Assembly: GCA_001897305.1 (NCBI GenBank)
Contig: MKSO01000001.1
Coordinates: forward strand, 240,001 to 272,000
Source of the DNA: Candidatus Saccharimonadota bacterium
GTDB lineage: Bacteria; Patescibacteriota; Saccharimonadia; Saccharimonadales; Saccharimonadaceae
Direction of reading: 5' to 3'
Length of the DNA: 32,000 nt
Positions 7,727-16,520 of this stretch are shown here, one piece after another. The position numbers and the translations under genes were made by a program. Positions within the stretch are counted from its first letter, which is position 1; every line of letters begins with the position of its first letter. The notes beneath the pieces are model-generated. The model had not been told where the DNA came from and ran no database searches. It saw only the letters and a program-made list of their open reading frames with translations.

Positions 7727-9271
7727 ATGTCGACATTAAAAGATTTCCGAGATGAACGTCTGCGCAAGCTTGCAGATTTAAAAGAACTGGGCTTTAATGC
7801 CTATCCTTCACAAAGTCACCGTACCCACAACGCTGGGGTAGTAAAAAACGACTTTGACTCTTTAGAAAACCAAGTAGTCACCGTTACCGGCCGGGTAATG
7901 GGTATCCGTAAATTTGGGAAACTAGCTTTTATTGTCCTACGTGACCAAACTGGTGAAATTCAACTGTTCTTACAAGCTGGTAAGGTGGGCGAGCGTAATG
8001 CTGCAGAAGGCCAGCTTTCTATTGACGACTTGCCACTGCTTGATACGGGCGACTTTTTAGAGGCAACTGGCCCCGTTATTAAAACAAAAACGGGCGAAGT
8101 ATCTATTGAGGTCCAAGCGCTACGGCTGTTAACGAAAGCCCTTCGCCCAATGCCAAGCGCCCAAGAGGGCTTTACGAATAAAGAAGAGCGTATGCGTCGT
8201 CGCTACGTTGATATGAATGTAAACTTGGATGTTCGCGAGCGTTTTGTTCGTCGTTCTGTATTTTGGCAAGCAACGCGCGACTTTTTGAACCAGCACGGCT
8301 TTGTAGAAGTAAACGTACCAGTACTTGAGCACACTACCGGCGGAGCAGATGCTAACCCCTTTGTAACCCACATGGATGCGCTTGACCAAGACTTCTATCT
8401 GCGTATTAGCCACGAGTTACCGTTAAAGCGCTTGCTAGGCGCCGGCTTTGAGAAGGTATATGACATTGGGCCACGTTTCCGCAACGAAAATTATTCCGAC
8501 GAACATCTTCCGGAACACGTCGCCATGGAGTGGTACTGGGCCTATGCCAACTGGCAGGATGGCATGCAGTTTATGGAAGCTATGTATAAAGATGTTTTGC
8601 AAAAGACGTTTGGTACTTTGCAGTTCAAGCTCGGACGTTTTGATGTTGATATGGGCGGTGAGTGGGAAGTGTGGGACTACGCCACCGTTATTAAAGACCG
8701 TTATGGTATTGATGTCTACGAAAGTAGCCTCGATGACGTTAAGAAAGCCCTGGTTGATAACAAGTTAGAGGTTGAGCAAACCGAAAACCGTGCCCGTGGC
8801 ATTGATAAGCTATGGAAGAATATCCGCAAAGACGTTGCCGGGCCGGTGTGGCTCATTAATACACCAAAGTTTATTTCACCACTCGCCAAGTCTAACCCTG
8901 AAGACGACCGTGTCGTGCAGCGCTTTCAACCTGTTATTGCTGGTTCTGAACTAGGTAATGGGTTCTCGGAGCTGAATGATCCAATCGACCAACTTAACCG
9001 TTTTGTTGAACAACAAAACATGCGTGATGCCGGTGATGATGAGGCGATGATGCTGGACATCGACTATGTTGAGATGCTTGAATATGGCATGCCGCCAGCT
9101 TGTGGCTGGGGATACAGCGAACGCGTTTTCTGGATTTTCGAAGGTGTGACGGCCCGGGAGGGTGTGCCGTTCCCGCAACTTCGTCAAGAGTATGATGAAG
9201 TAACAAAATCACTCTACCCAGAGGTCACATTTGAATCCAGCCCGAGCGATGATGAAACCCGACAAAACTAG
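7727..9271 (+). CDS. lysS: lysyl-tRNA synthetase, class II
   Basis: 514 aa. OB-fold N-domain (VTVTGRVMGIRKFGKLAFIVLRD), class II motifs (YLRISHELPLKRLL, FRNE, ELGNGFSELNDP, MPPACGWGYSERV). Confidence 0.93.
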   Translation: MSTLKDFRDERLRKLADLKELGFNAYPSQSHRTHNAGVVKNDFDSLENQVVTVTGRVMGIRKFGKLAFIVLRDQTGEIQLFLQAGKVGERNAAEGQLSIDDLPLLDTGDFLEATGPVIKTKTGEVSIEVQALRLLTKALRPMPSAQEGFTNKEERMRRRYVDMNVNLDVRERFVRRSVFWQATRDFLNQHGFVEVNVPVLEHTTGGADANPFVTHMDALDQDFYLRISHELPLKRLLGAGFEKVYDIGPRFRNENYSDEHLPEHVAMEWYWAYANWQDGMQFMEAMYKDVLQKTFGTLQFKLGRFDVDMGGEWEVWDYATVIKDRYGIDVYESSLDDVKKALVDNKLEVEQTENRARGIDKLWKNIRKDVAGPVWLINTPKFISPLAKSNPEDDRVVQRFQPVIAGSELGNGFSELNDPIDQLNRFVEQQNMRDAGDDEAMMLDIDYVEMLEYGMPPACGWGYSERVFWIFEGVTAREGVPFPQLRQEYDEVTKSLYPEVTFESSPSDDETRQN

Positions 9272-9668
9272 ACTCCTTATTATTATTTTGCTTCTCATTG
9301 TCATTGTTGGCATTGCATTAATTATGAGCCGTCCGATATTTAACTATAGCGCTCTCGTGTTTGATCTTTTGACCTATGTCGTGAGTATTGTTGCTTTGGC
9401 TCTTGCGATTTTATCGGTGCTAAACAGTATGCGACAAAATAGGATTCTTAAAAAAATGGTCCGCGACGTGCACGGCTCGATAGCAGAGTTACAAGAGGTT
9501 GCTCAGTCAACCGATGCAATTGAACGTGAGATTCGAGAAGAGTATCACATGAATAAGGTTATTACCGATGTTTTGTCGGAATACGGAATCGGTGACACAA
9601 GCAGAATGCGTCGCTCTATCGCTCGTCGAGTTGCTCGCAGGCTGAAGAAAACGCGCTATAAGGCTTGA
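9231..9668 (+). CDS. hypothetical small membrane protein (two predicted TM helices, charged C-terminus)
   Basis: ORF overlapping the last 41 nt of lysS. The real start is more likely ATG 9249 or 9252 (MMKPDK...). Hydrophobic segments LLIIILLLIVIVGIALIM and LTYVVSIVALALAILSVL. No recognisable family. Confidence 0.5.
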   Translation: MNPARAMMKPDKTRLLIIILLLIVIVGIALIMSRPIFNYSALVFDLLTYVVSIVALALAILSVLNSMRQNRILKKMVRDVHGSIAELQEVAQSTDAIEREIREEYHMNKVITDVLSEYGIGDTSRMRRSIARRVARRLKKTRYKA

Positions 9669-9683
9669 ATACCTGCACTATAG

Positions 9684-9692
9684 TGCTATACT
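9684..9692 (+). promoter_or_regulatory. candidate extended -10 (TGcTATACT) for the FMN reductase gene, overlapped by two palindromes
   Basis: TGCTATACT at 9684-9692. The palindromes GCACTATAGTGC (9675-9686) and CTATACTAAGTATAG (9686-9700) overlap it. Confidence 0.35.
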
Positions 9693-9728
9693 AAGTATAG
9701 TAAAATAATAGGTAAGGGATTTTTAATA

Positions 9729-10268
9729 ATGTCGAATATTCTTGTCGTGACCGGAAGTGTCCGTCCAAACAGTGTAAACAAAAAAATTGTACCGCTCGTT
9801 GTAAGTGAGCTTGAGACGCAAGGGGCAACTGCTACCGTAGCAGACCTAGAGGCGTTGAACTTGCCGTTTTTTGATGCGCCATTATCGCCAAACGCTCCAG
9901 GTTTCGAGCCTACAAACGAAGCGGCTCGTCAGTGGACCCAAATGGTAGCAGAAGCAGACGGTATTGTGTTTGTAACTCCTGAATATAACCACACCTTAAC
10001 GCCGGTTCAGCTTAATGCAATTGACTGGATTGGTAAGGAGTGGGAAGGTAAGCCTATTGCGCTCGTTGGGTACGGTTGGAGTACAGGTGGCGGCCAGGCG
10101 CACGATGCTGCCCGTGAAGCTCTTGAGGTTAACCTGAAGGCTAAGGTTGGTGAGACACAAACAAACTTGTTCTTTACAAAAGACCTTACTCCAGATGGTG
10201 ATGTTGCTGATGCTGACACTGTACAGCAAAAGATCGCAGCGACCATCAGCGAATTACTTGCAGCCTAG
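9729..10268 (+). CDS. NADPH-dependent FMN reductase family protein
   Basis: 179 aa. N-terminal ILVVTGSVRPNSVNKK and VFVTPEYNHTLTPVQLNAIDW match the FMN_red (flavodoxin-like) family pattern. Confidence 0.8.
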   Translation: MSNILVVTGSVRPNSVNKKIVPLVVSELETQGATATVADLEALNLPFFDAPLSPNAPGFEPTNEAARQWTQMVAEADGIVFVTPEYNHTLTPVQLNAIDWIGKEWEGKPIALVGYGWSTGGGQAHDAAREALEVNLKAKVGETQTNLFFTKDLTPDGDVADADTVQQKIAATISELLAA

Positions 10269-10304
10269 CTTCGACAAGCAATCCGTTTTTAAGTAAGCAG
10301 TTCA

Positions 10305-10313
10305 TGGTACCAT
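10305..10313 (+). promoter_or_regulatory. candidate extended -10 (TGgTACCAT) 6 nt upstream of the DUF2207 gene ATG
   Basis: TGGTACCAT at 10305-10313, ATG at 10320, no SD. Weaker hexamer than the others. Confidence 0.3.
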
Positions 10314-10319
10314 AAGACT

Positions 10320-12080
10320 ATGAAATGGCTTGTGGGATTAGGGGTAATAGTAGCAGGAGCGTTGACGACGTTTACATCGGCCGGTGCCCTGAGTGTTGAT
10401 TATTTCACTATTCCACAGTATGACATTCAGTACGAGCTCTCGCGTGATAGTGAGGGCCGTTCTGTTTTAAAGACGACAGAAAAAATCACTGCTACTTTTT
10501 CGCAGCAAGATAAAAACCATGGGATTGAACGGGCCATACCTAGTACTTACGACGGCCATCCGGTGAGTTTGTCGATAGGTTCGGTAACAAATGAAAATGG
10601 CCAGAGTGTAGAGTATTCAACCCGTGAAGATAATGGTAATACGATTGTGCGCATTGGCAACCCTTCGCAGTATGCCCACGGAGACAAGACGTACGTACTT
10701 ACCTATACTCAACGCGATGTCACAAGGTTCTATCAAGACACGGGCAAAGATGAATGGTATTGGGATACGAACGGTACCGGCTGGCGGGTCCCCATAAGCC
10801 AGCTCACTGTTTCGATTCGACTTGATGGTGAACTCGCATCGTTAACTGGTACTCCATCGTGTTATGTTGGGGCCCAGGGCGCAACAAATACCTGTGACTT
10901 GCAGCAACAGGCCGATGGTAGTTATCGAACATCTGCGAGCAACCTGGCGAGCGGGGAGAATATTACGGTTGCCTTCGGTTTCCCTAAGGATACATTTACG
11001 GCCTATACTCGTTCATTTGGTGAGTGGGCAGCTATGATTTGGGGCATTGCTTTGATTGTGAGTATTCCAATAATGCTGATACTCATCTTTGTGATCAATG
11101 CCATATACATACGCCGTACCTACAGGGTATCGGAGCTAAAACCTATTCCGGTTGAATTTATTCCGCCGCGTTATGCTAGTGTGCAGGCTTCGGCTCAGGT
11201 AGTAGGGCAGGTAGGGGTGTACCATGTTTTTACTGCGCAGCTTATTGACTTAGCGGTACGCCGATTTGTCTCTATTATCGAAACGCGCCCAAAAACTACA
11301 TGGAAAGCAGCCGAGTATGATATTGCTATTAACCAGTCATTAAGTGAATTGAAATCGGAGGAGATGGAAATCCTTACGGATATGTTTGGTAGGGTGCCAC
11401 AAGTGGGTGATCGCTTGCCACTCAAGACGCTCCGCAATAATACTTCGTATCAACTACGAACGCTCGATAATGACAAGAAGCTGAAAAAGCTGCTAGAAGA
11501 TACTTATCGGTTGCGCGCTAAGTCACCGGTTTTAACGAAATTATTCAACCGCTGGGCTGTCGGCTTACTTATTGCAAGCATAGTACTTCTTATGCCTACC
11601 TTTTTACTCCCCGCTATTGTAGCGTGGGTATCGGGACTAGTGGCGCGGCCTTTGACCGATGAAGGGCTGGCGCTTCGTCGCTACGTAATGGGCCTTGACC
11701 GCTATATTAAAGCCTCTGAAGTAGAGCGATTGAAGTTTTTCCAAGGCCCCGAAACCGCCGAGAAAGTCGGCTATTCTGTAGATACAAATAACCCAGGGCA
11801 GTTGGTGAAATTATACGAACGAGTATTGCCATATGCCATATTATTTGGCCGCGAAAAACAATGGTCAAAGCAGCTCGGAGCCTTTTATGAGAACAGTAAC
11901 ACACAGCCGGAATGGTATAACGGCAGCACGGCTTTTAACGCTGTAGTATTTACTTCTGCGATGAGTAGTTTCTCGACAGCGACAAGTTATACGTCTGGAA
12001 CGAGCTCGAGTTCGGGCGGTTCGGGCGGTGGAGGTTTCTCTGGCGGCGGTGGTGGCGGTGGCGGCGGTGGCGGCTGGTAA
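10320..12080 (+). CDS. DUF2207-like membrane protein with C-terminal Ser/Gly-rich tail
   Basis: 586 aa. Signal/TM at the N-terminus, a large extracytoplasmic N-domain, central TM helices, and a terminal SSSSGGSGGGGFSGGGGGGGGGGGW tail characteristic of DUF2207 proteins. Confidence 0.75.
   Translation: MKWLVGLGVIVAGALTTFTSAGALSVDYFTIPQYDIQYELSRDSEGRSVLKTTEKITATFSQQDKNHGIERAIPSTYDGHPVSLSIGSVTNENGQSVEYSTREDNGNTIVRIGNPSQYAHGDKTYVLTYTQRDVTRFYQDTGKDEWYWDTNGTGWRVPISQLTVSIRLDGELASLTGTPSCYVGAQGATNTCDLQQQADGSYRTSASNLASGENITVAFGFPKDTFTAYTRSFGEWAAMIWGIALIVSIPIMLILIFVINAIYIRRTYRVSELKPIPVEFIPPRYASVQASAQVVGQVGVYHVFTAQLIDLAVRRFVSIIETRPKTTWKAAEYDIAINQSLSELKSEEMEILTDMFGRVPQVGDRLPLKTLRNNTSYQLRTLDNDKKLKKLLEDTYRLRAKSPVLTKLFNRWAVGLLIASIVLLMPTFLLPAIVAWVSGLVARPLTDEGLALRRYVMGLDRYIKASEVERLKFFQGPETAEKVGYSVDTNNPGQLVKLYERVLPYAILFGREKQWSKQLGAFYENSNTQPEWYNGSTAFNAVVFTSAMSSFSTATSYTSGTSSSSGGSGGGGFSGGGGGGGGGGGW
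12003..12077 (+). repeat. low-complexity Ser/Gly codon tract (GGY/TCG repeats) encoding the DUF2207 tail
   Basis: Direct repeat TTCGGGCGG x2 at 12011-12028, followed by a run of GGC/GGT codons to 12074. The antisense strand gives the spurious poly-Pro ORF in the track. Confidence 0.8.
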
Positions 12081-12125
12081 GCCGCTGCAATCGGGTATAC
12101 TAGAAGATGAAGAAAGCGAGGGTGC

Positions 12126-12833
12126 ATGATCGAGATTAAAAACGTCACCAAGACGTATGGTAAAAAAGGGAGTACCTTCCAGGCTCTAAAGGATGTCAGC
12201 TTAACCATCCCTGATGGCGCAAGTGTTGCTATCGTCGGTAAGTCGGGGAGCGGTAAATCAACCCTAATGCATGCCATGAGCGGTCTCGATCGTCCAGAGG
12301 CTGGAGAGGTTATTATTGACGGTGTCGACATTCTAAAACTCAAGAAAAAAGCCGTTGATACCTTTCGATCAGAAAAAATTGGCTTTATTTTTCAATCCTT
12401 TTTCGTACAAGCTAACGAAAGCTGCTATGATAACGTTTCGCTTCCACTGGAGATATCCAATAGCAAGGCGAGCCAACGTAAAGTACGTATTGAAGAAGCC
12501 CTTGCAACGGTTGACTTGAGCGATAAATTAAAACAAAAAGCACGGAATTTATCTGGTGGACAAAAGCAGCGTTTGGCAATTGCCCGGGCGATCGTAAACA
12601 AGCCAAGCATTATTTTTGCTGACGAACCAACCGGTAATCTCGACTCTACTACAGGTGAAAAAGTAGAAGACCTCTTATTTAGTCTTAATAAAAAAGAGGG
12701 CAGTACGCTTATTATTGTCACCCACGACACCGACCTGGCCCGGAAGTGCGATGTACAAGTGTACATAAAAGATGGTCAAATTGAACAAACGGTTGGTTTG
12801 GCGGCAAGCACGGCTGGAAAGGAACATAAATAA
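12126..12833 (+). CDS. ABC transporter ATP-binding protein (MacB/LolD-type)
   Basis: Walker A GKSGSGKST, Q-loop, signature LSGGQKQR, Walker B IIFADEPTGNLD, H-loop VTHD. Its stop overlaps the next start (TAATG at 12831-12835). Confidence 0.9.
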   Translation: MIEIKNVTKTYGKKGSTFQALKDVSLTIPDGASVAIVGKSGSGKSTLMHAMSGLDRPEAGEVIIDGVDILKLKKKAVDTFRSEKIGFIFQSFFVQANESCYDNVSLPLEISNSKASQRKVRIEEALATVDLSDKLKQKARNLSGGQKQRLAIARAIVNKPSIIFADEPTGNLDSTTGEKVEDLLFSLNKKEGSTLIIVTHDTDLARKCDVQVYIKDGQIEQTVGLAASTAGKEHK

Positions 12834-14209
12834 TGAAAACGATTGATATTGTTCGCCGTGCGGCACGTAGCTTACGGAGTGCTAAAACCCGTACTATTTT
12901 GACAAGCCTGGCAATCGCAGTGGGTGCTTTTACGATTACGGTTTCACTAGCTGTGGGTGAGGGTGCGCGCCAATATGCTGATAATTTAATTAATTCCAAT
13001 GTGAACCCTAAAGCCTTATTTATTGTTAAAGATAAAACTTTGTTTGAAGGTGGTGCGCAGCGTGCCGCTATTACAGAATATAACCCAGATGCTGCCCAAA
13101 CTGCGGCAGGCGCTACTATCGTGTCCATGACCCAAAAAGATGTCGATGCGCTTAGTGCCCGTTCGGATATCGAATCAGTGGTACCGACGTATAATCCGGT
13201 TGTGCGTTACATGACGTTTGACGGCAGTAGTAAAAAATATAGCGCAGACGTCAGCACGTATAACGACAGTATTTTGAGCGAATCTGCGTATGGCTCATTA
13301 CCCCCGCAGAACCAGCAGCTCGGCGACACGGATGCGGTAGTCCCCGAGGCATTCGTCGATACATTAATAAAAGCAGGGGTAATAAAAGAGGGTGCCGACT
13401 TGGTTGGTAAAAAAGTAACCCTTACGGCCGTACAAGCAACCGTCACGCCAACAACCGACCAAATCTCTGCAGCCTTCGCTACGGGCGGGCAAGCGGCTGT
13501 AGAGGACTTAGTGAAGCCACAAACGAAAGATTTCACTTTTACCATCCGTGCGGTGTCACAGAAGTCATCCTCGGCACTAACAGGTGTAACGGCCGTGCAG
13601 ATTGCTCCAAACGCGGCCCGTGCAATTAGCGAGTTCATTACTGCTGGTACAAATGAGTATCAAAAGTACCTAGGCGTGACCGCGCTTGTAAAAGGCGACA
13701 CCGATCCACAGAAGGTGAAAGAAGCTCTCAATAATGCCGGCTACTACACGCAGACTGCGAAAGATCTTCAGGGCTTAATATTTACAGTCGTGAATACCTT
13801 GCAGGGTATCGTACTTGGCTTTGGTATTATTGCACTTATCGCCAGCGTATTTGGCATCATCAATACGCAGTACATTAGTGTTCTAGAGCGTACCCGTGAA
13901 ATTGGTCTGATGAAAGCCTTGGGCATGCGCGGTCGTAGCGTCAGCCGCTTATTCCAGTTTGAGGCTGCTTGGATCGGCTTCTTGGGTGGCATTATTGGGG
14001 CTGCAATTGCTGTTGTTCTTGGGGTAACGCTAAACCCATGGGTGACGAGCGTACTTGGGTTGTCCGAGGGCACGAAACTCCTTATTTTCCAACCACTCCC
14101 GATTGCCGGCATGATAATCGTTCTTATATTCATTGCTATGCTTGCAGGGTGGTTCCCAGCGCGCAAGGCAGCTAAGCTCGACCCGATTGAGGCTTTGAGG
14201 ACGGAGTAG
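12833..14209 (+). CDS. ABC transporter permease, MacB/FtsX-type (N-terminal TM, large extracytoplasmic domain, C-terminal FtsX domain)
   Basis: 458 aa. N-terminal RSAKTRTILTSLAIAVGAFTI. C-terminal ERTREIGLMKALGMRGRSV...FPARKAAKLDPIEALRTE is typical of MacB-like permeases. Translationally coupled to the ATPase. Confidence 0.85.
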   Translation: MKTIDIVRRAARSLRSAKTRTILTSLAIAVGAFTITVSLAVGEGARQYADNLINSNVNPKALFIVKDKTLFEGGAQRAAITEYNPDAAQTAAGATIVSMTQKDVDALSARSDIESVVPTYNPVVRYMTFDGSSKKYSADVSTYNDSILSESAYGSLPPQNQQLGDTDAVVPEAFVDTLIKAGVIKEGADLVGKKVTLTAVQATVTPTTDQISAAFATGGQAAVEDLVKPQTKDFTFTIRAVSQKSSSALTGVTAVQIAPNAARAISEFITAGTNEYQKYLGVTALVKGDTDPQKVKEALNNAGYYTQTAKDLQGLIFTVVNTLQGIVLGFGIIALIASVFGIINTQYISVLERTREIGLMKALGMRGRSVSRLFQFEAAWIGFLGGIIGAAIAVVLGVTLNPWVTSVLGLSEGTKLLIFQPLPIAGMIIVLIFIAMLAGWFPARKAAKLDPIEALRTE

Positions 14210-14215
14210 TATAGT
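14187..14215 (+). promoter_or_regulatory. candidate promoter TTGAGG-N17-TATAGT, with the -10 ending 6 nt before ATG 14222
   Basis: -35-like TTGAGG at 14187-14192 and -10 TATAGT at 14210-14215. It lies inside the 3' end of the permease gene, with no SD before the ATG. Confidence 0.35.
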
Positions 14216-14221
14216 TATCGT

Positions 14222-15238
14222 ATGAAACACGAACATGGTAGTGCCGGCTTTGAAGCTCAGCCTGAACGATACCAAAAAATCGAAAAGCTTAATCATGAAT
14301 CATTTTTGATGCATGAACCCTCGCCTCTACGGGTTGTGCAGTCTCTGCATAGTGTTGGGGCGCCGCGAGATGTAATTACTGATGGATATAATGACGAATA
14401 CCCCTCTGATGTTGTCGAGCAGGCTAAGGCTATCGGGCGTCATATAGTAGTGGGTAACGTCAGTCCCTTAAATGGGTATGGGCCACGAGATATGTCTGGT
14501 GAGGAAAAAGTCGCCGATGCGCAGCATAACATCCATGAATTTCTCGCTCGCAATAATGTCGATCCTAGTACCGTTCGGATGTTAAGGCCCGAGCGAGATT
14601 ACACGACGCCGTTAAGGGCTGTTAACGTTGACGAAGATAACCTCCAGCCCGATGACACGGGCCTATTACGCCCTGATACTGCTGGTGATTTTCTCTACAC
14701 GTATAACAAAGACAACGTTCTAGCTGCCCGTCCGGCCGATTGTCCTATTGTTTTTCTGTCCGCCGAAACACCAAAGGGTGATATGACGGTCTTATTACAC
14801 CTAGCGTGGCAGGGTGTGGCGCATGGGTATATAGCACAAGCGAAGAGTCAACTTGATGCTCTTGGAGTGGATTGGACTACGCTTCGTGCTCAAATTACCC
14901 CAGGTGGACACGGTGAGACATTTAAGTTTGAGAACTTTAATAAGTACAACCCGCTTGACCAGTTTCCAGAATCTTCAAGTATGTTTACTGATGTTAAAGC
15001 AAATCAAGCCGCAGACGGTGCTGCTTCTTATGACTTTGGTATTGACCTTGCGGCTGAGGTATACGAGAAGCTTGTTGAGACATGGAGCGTGGACCCGTAT
15101 CAGCTATTTCTTGACACGAGTGACACCACATCACCAACTGTAGGGTATTCATCTCACAGCCGTTCGTTTAAGGAGTATGAAGGTGCTGGTGGCGAGAATT
15201 CACGCGACTTAGTTATGGCAATACCCTCGCTAGATTAG
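14222..15238 (+). CDS. YfiH/PgeF (DUF152, laccase-domain) family protein with long N-terminal extension
   Basis: 338 aa. Family motifs RPADCPIVFL, LLHLAWQGVAHG and a C-terminal GYSSHSRS...SRDLVMA (compare ADCxP, HAGWRG, SYRR...GR). Confidence 0.7.
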   Translation: MKHEHGSAGFEAQPERYQKIEKLNHESFLMHEPSPLRVVQSLHSVGAPRDVITDGYNDEYPSDVVEQAKAIGRHIVVGNVSPLNGYGPRDMSGEEKVADAQHNIHEFLARNNVDPSTVRMLRPERDYTTPLRAVNVDEDNLQPDDTGLLRPDTAGDFLYTYNKDNVLAARPADCPIVFLSAETPKGDMTVLLHLAWQGVAHGYIAQAKSQLDALGVDWTTLRAQITPGGHGETFKFENFNKYNPLDQFPESSSMFTDVKANQAADGAASYDFGIDLAAEVYEKLVETWSVDPYQLFLDTSDTTSPTVGYSSHSRSFKEYEGAGGENSRDLVMAIPSLD

Positions 15239-15247
15239 AGGGCTTTA

Positions 15248-15256
15248 TGCTACAAT
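15248..15256 (+). promoter_or_regulatory. candidate extended -10 (TGcTACAAT) 10 nt upstream of the serS ATG
   Basis: TGCTACAAT at 15248-15256, ATG at 15267, no SD-like purine run in between. Confidence 0.4.
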
Positions 15257-15266
15257 AACCCTAGTT

Positions 15267-16514
15267 ATGTTAGATATTCGTTTTGTCCGCCAATACCCAG
15301 AACTTGTGCAGCGCAATGCCGAGGAAAAGGGCTATAAAAATGTCAATATTCAAGAGGTGCTTGCTCTTGATAGTGGTCGCCGCGATCTACAGGCTAAGGC
15401 AGATGAACTGCGTGAAAAGCGAAACACTATTGCTGCTTCTATGAAGGGAGGCAAGCCATCACCTGAACTTATCGAAGAAGGTAAGGCGATTAAAGAAGAG
15501 TTGGCGACTATCGAAACTGATCTTCGTGTGGCTGAAGAAAAGTTTGCAGCAGCATTTAACTGGCTGCCCAATATGATGCAGCCTGACGTACCTTTGGGTG
15601 GTGAAGAAGATAGCGTTGAAATTAAGGCCTGGGGCGAGAAAACCGAAGGGGCTGTTGACCATCTTGATTTTGCAACCAAACGCGATTGGGTTGACTTCGA
15701 GCGCGGCGCTAAAGTGGCCGGTGCGAAGTTCTATTACCTTAAGGGCGATATGGCGCTACTTGAAAATGCCCTCACTCAATACGGTCTTACCTTTTTGACA
15801 CAAAAAGGCTTCACTTTTATGACCGTACCGCACATGGTGAATAGTAGCGTTGCAACCGGTACTGGGTTTGCGCCTCGTAGCAGTGACCAAAACGACGAGT
15901 ACTTTATTGAAGGTGAGGACTTGTCGCTGATTGCTACCGCCGAGATGCCTCTTACGGGCTACCACGCTGACGAAATTATCGATGAAGCAGATTTGCCGTT
16001 GTTCTATGCTGGCCTTAGCCCCTCGTATCGCAAGGAAGCTGGTACCTACGGTAAGCATACTCGCGGTCTCTTCCGTGTACACCAGTTTAATAAGCTTGAA
16101 ATGTATGCCTATACATTACCCGAGCAAAGTGTTGAAGTGCACAATAAGCTCCTGAGTTTCGAAGAAGAGTTATGGCAATCGCTGGGTATCCCATACCACA
16201 TTATAAACATCGCCGCTGGTGATTTGGGTGCGCCAGCTTCTAAAAAATACGACCTTGAATACTGGTCACCGGTTGATGGTACATACCGTGAACTAACAAG
16301 TTGTTCAAACTGTACCGATTTTCAAGCGCGTAACTTAAATATTCGCGTTCGCCGTACGGATGGTTCAGTAGAAACGGTTCATACACTGAATGGAACAGCT
16401 GTTTCATTGGCCCGTTCGTTGGTTGCAGTTATTGAACACTACCAAAATGCCGACGGTACTTTGCGGGTACCTGAAGTCCTGCGTCCGTATCTTGGTGGCC
16501 GCGAGGTTTTGTAG
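15267..16514 (+). CDS. serS: seryl-tRNA synthetase
   Basis: 415 aa. N-terminal coiled-coil arm (MLDIRFVRQ...), class II core motifs (FRVHQFNKLEMY, TSCSNCTDFQARNLNIR, HTLNGTAVSLARSLVAVIEHYQ). Confidence 0.95.
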   Translation: MLDIRFVRQYPELVQRNAEEKGYKNVNIQEVLALDSGRRDLQAKADELREKRNTIAASMKGGKPSPELIEEGKAIKEELATIETDLRVAEEKFAAAFNWLPNMMQPDVPLGGEEDSVEIKAWGEKTEGAVDHLDFATKRDWVDFERGAKVAGAKFYYLKGDMALLENALTQYGLTFLTQKGFTFMTVPHMVNSSVATGTGFAPRSSDQNDEYFIEGEDLSLIATAEMPLTGYHADEIIDEADLPLFYAGLSPSYRKEAGTYGKHTRGLFRVHQFNKLEMYAYTLPEQSVEVHNKLLSFEEELWQSLGIPYHIINIAAGDLGAPASKKYDLEYWSPVDGTYRELTSCSNCTDFQARNLNIRVRRTDGSVETVHTLNGTAVSLARSLVAVIEHYQNADGTLRVPEVLRPYLGGREVL

Positions 16515-16520
16515 CTTTTT

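Noticed and set aside
11987-12343. 118-aa minus-strand ORF with a poly-proline run
   Set aside because: It is the reverse complement of the Gly-codon tract of the DUF2207 gene and overlaps the ABC ATPase gene, so it is an antisense artefact.
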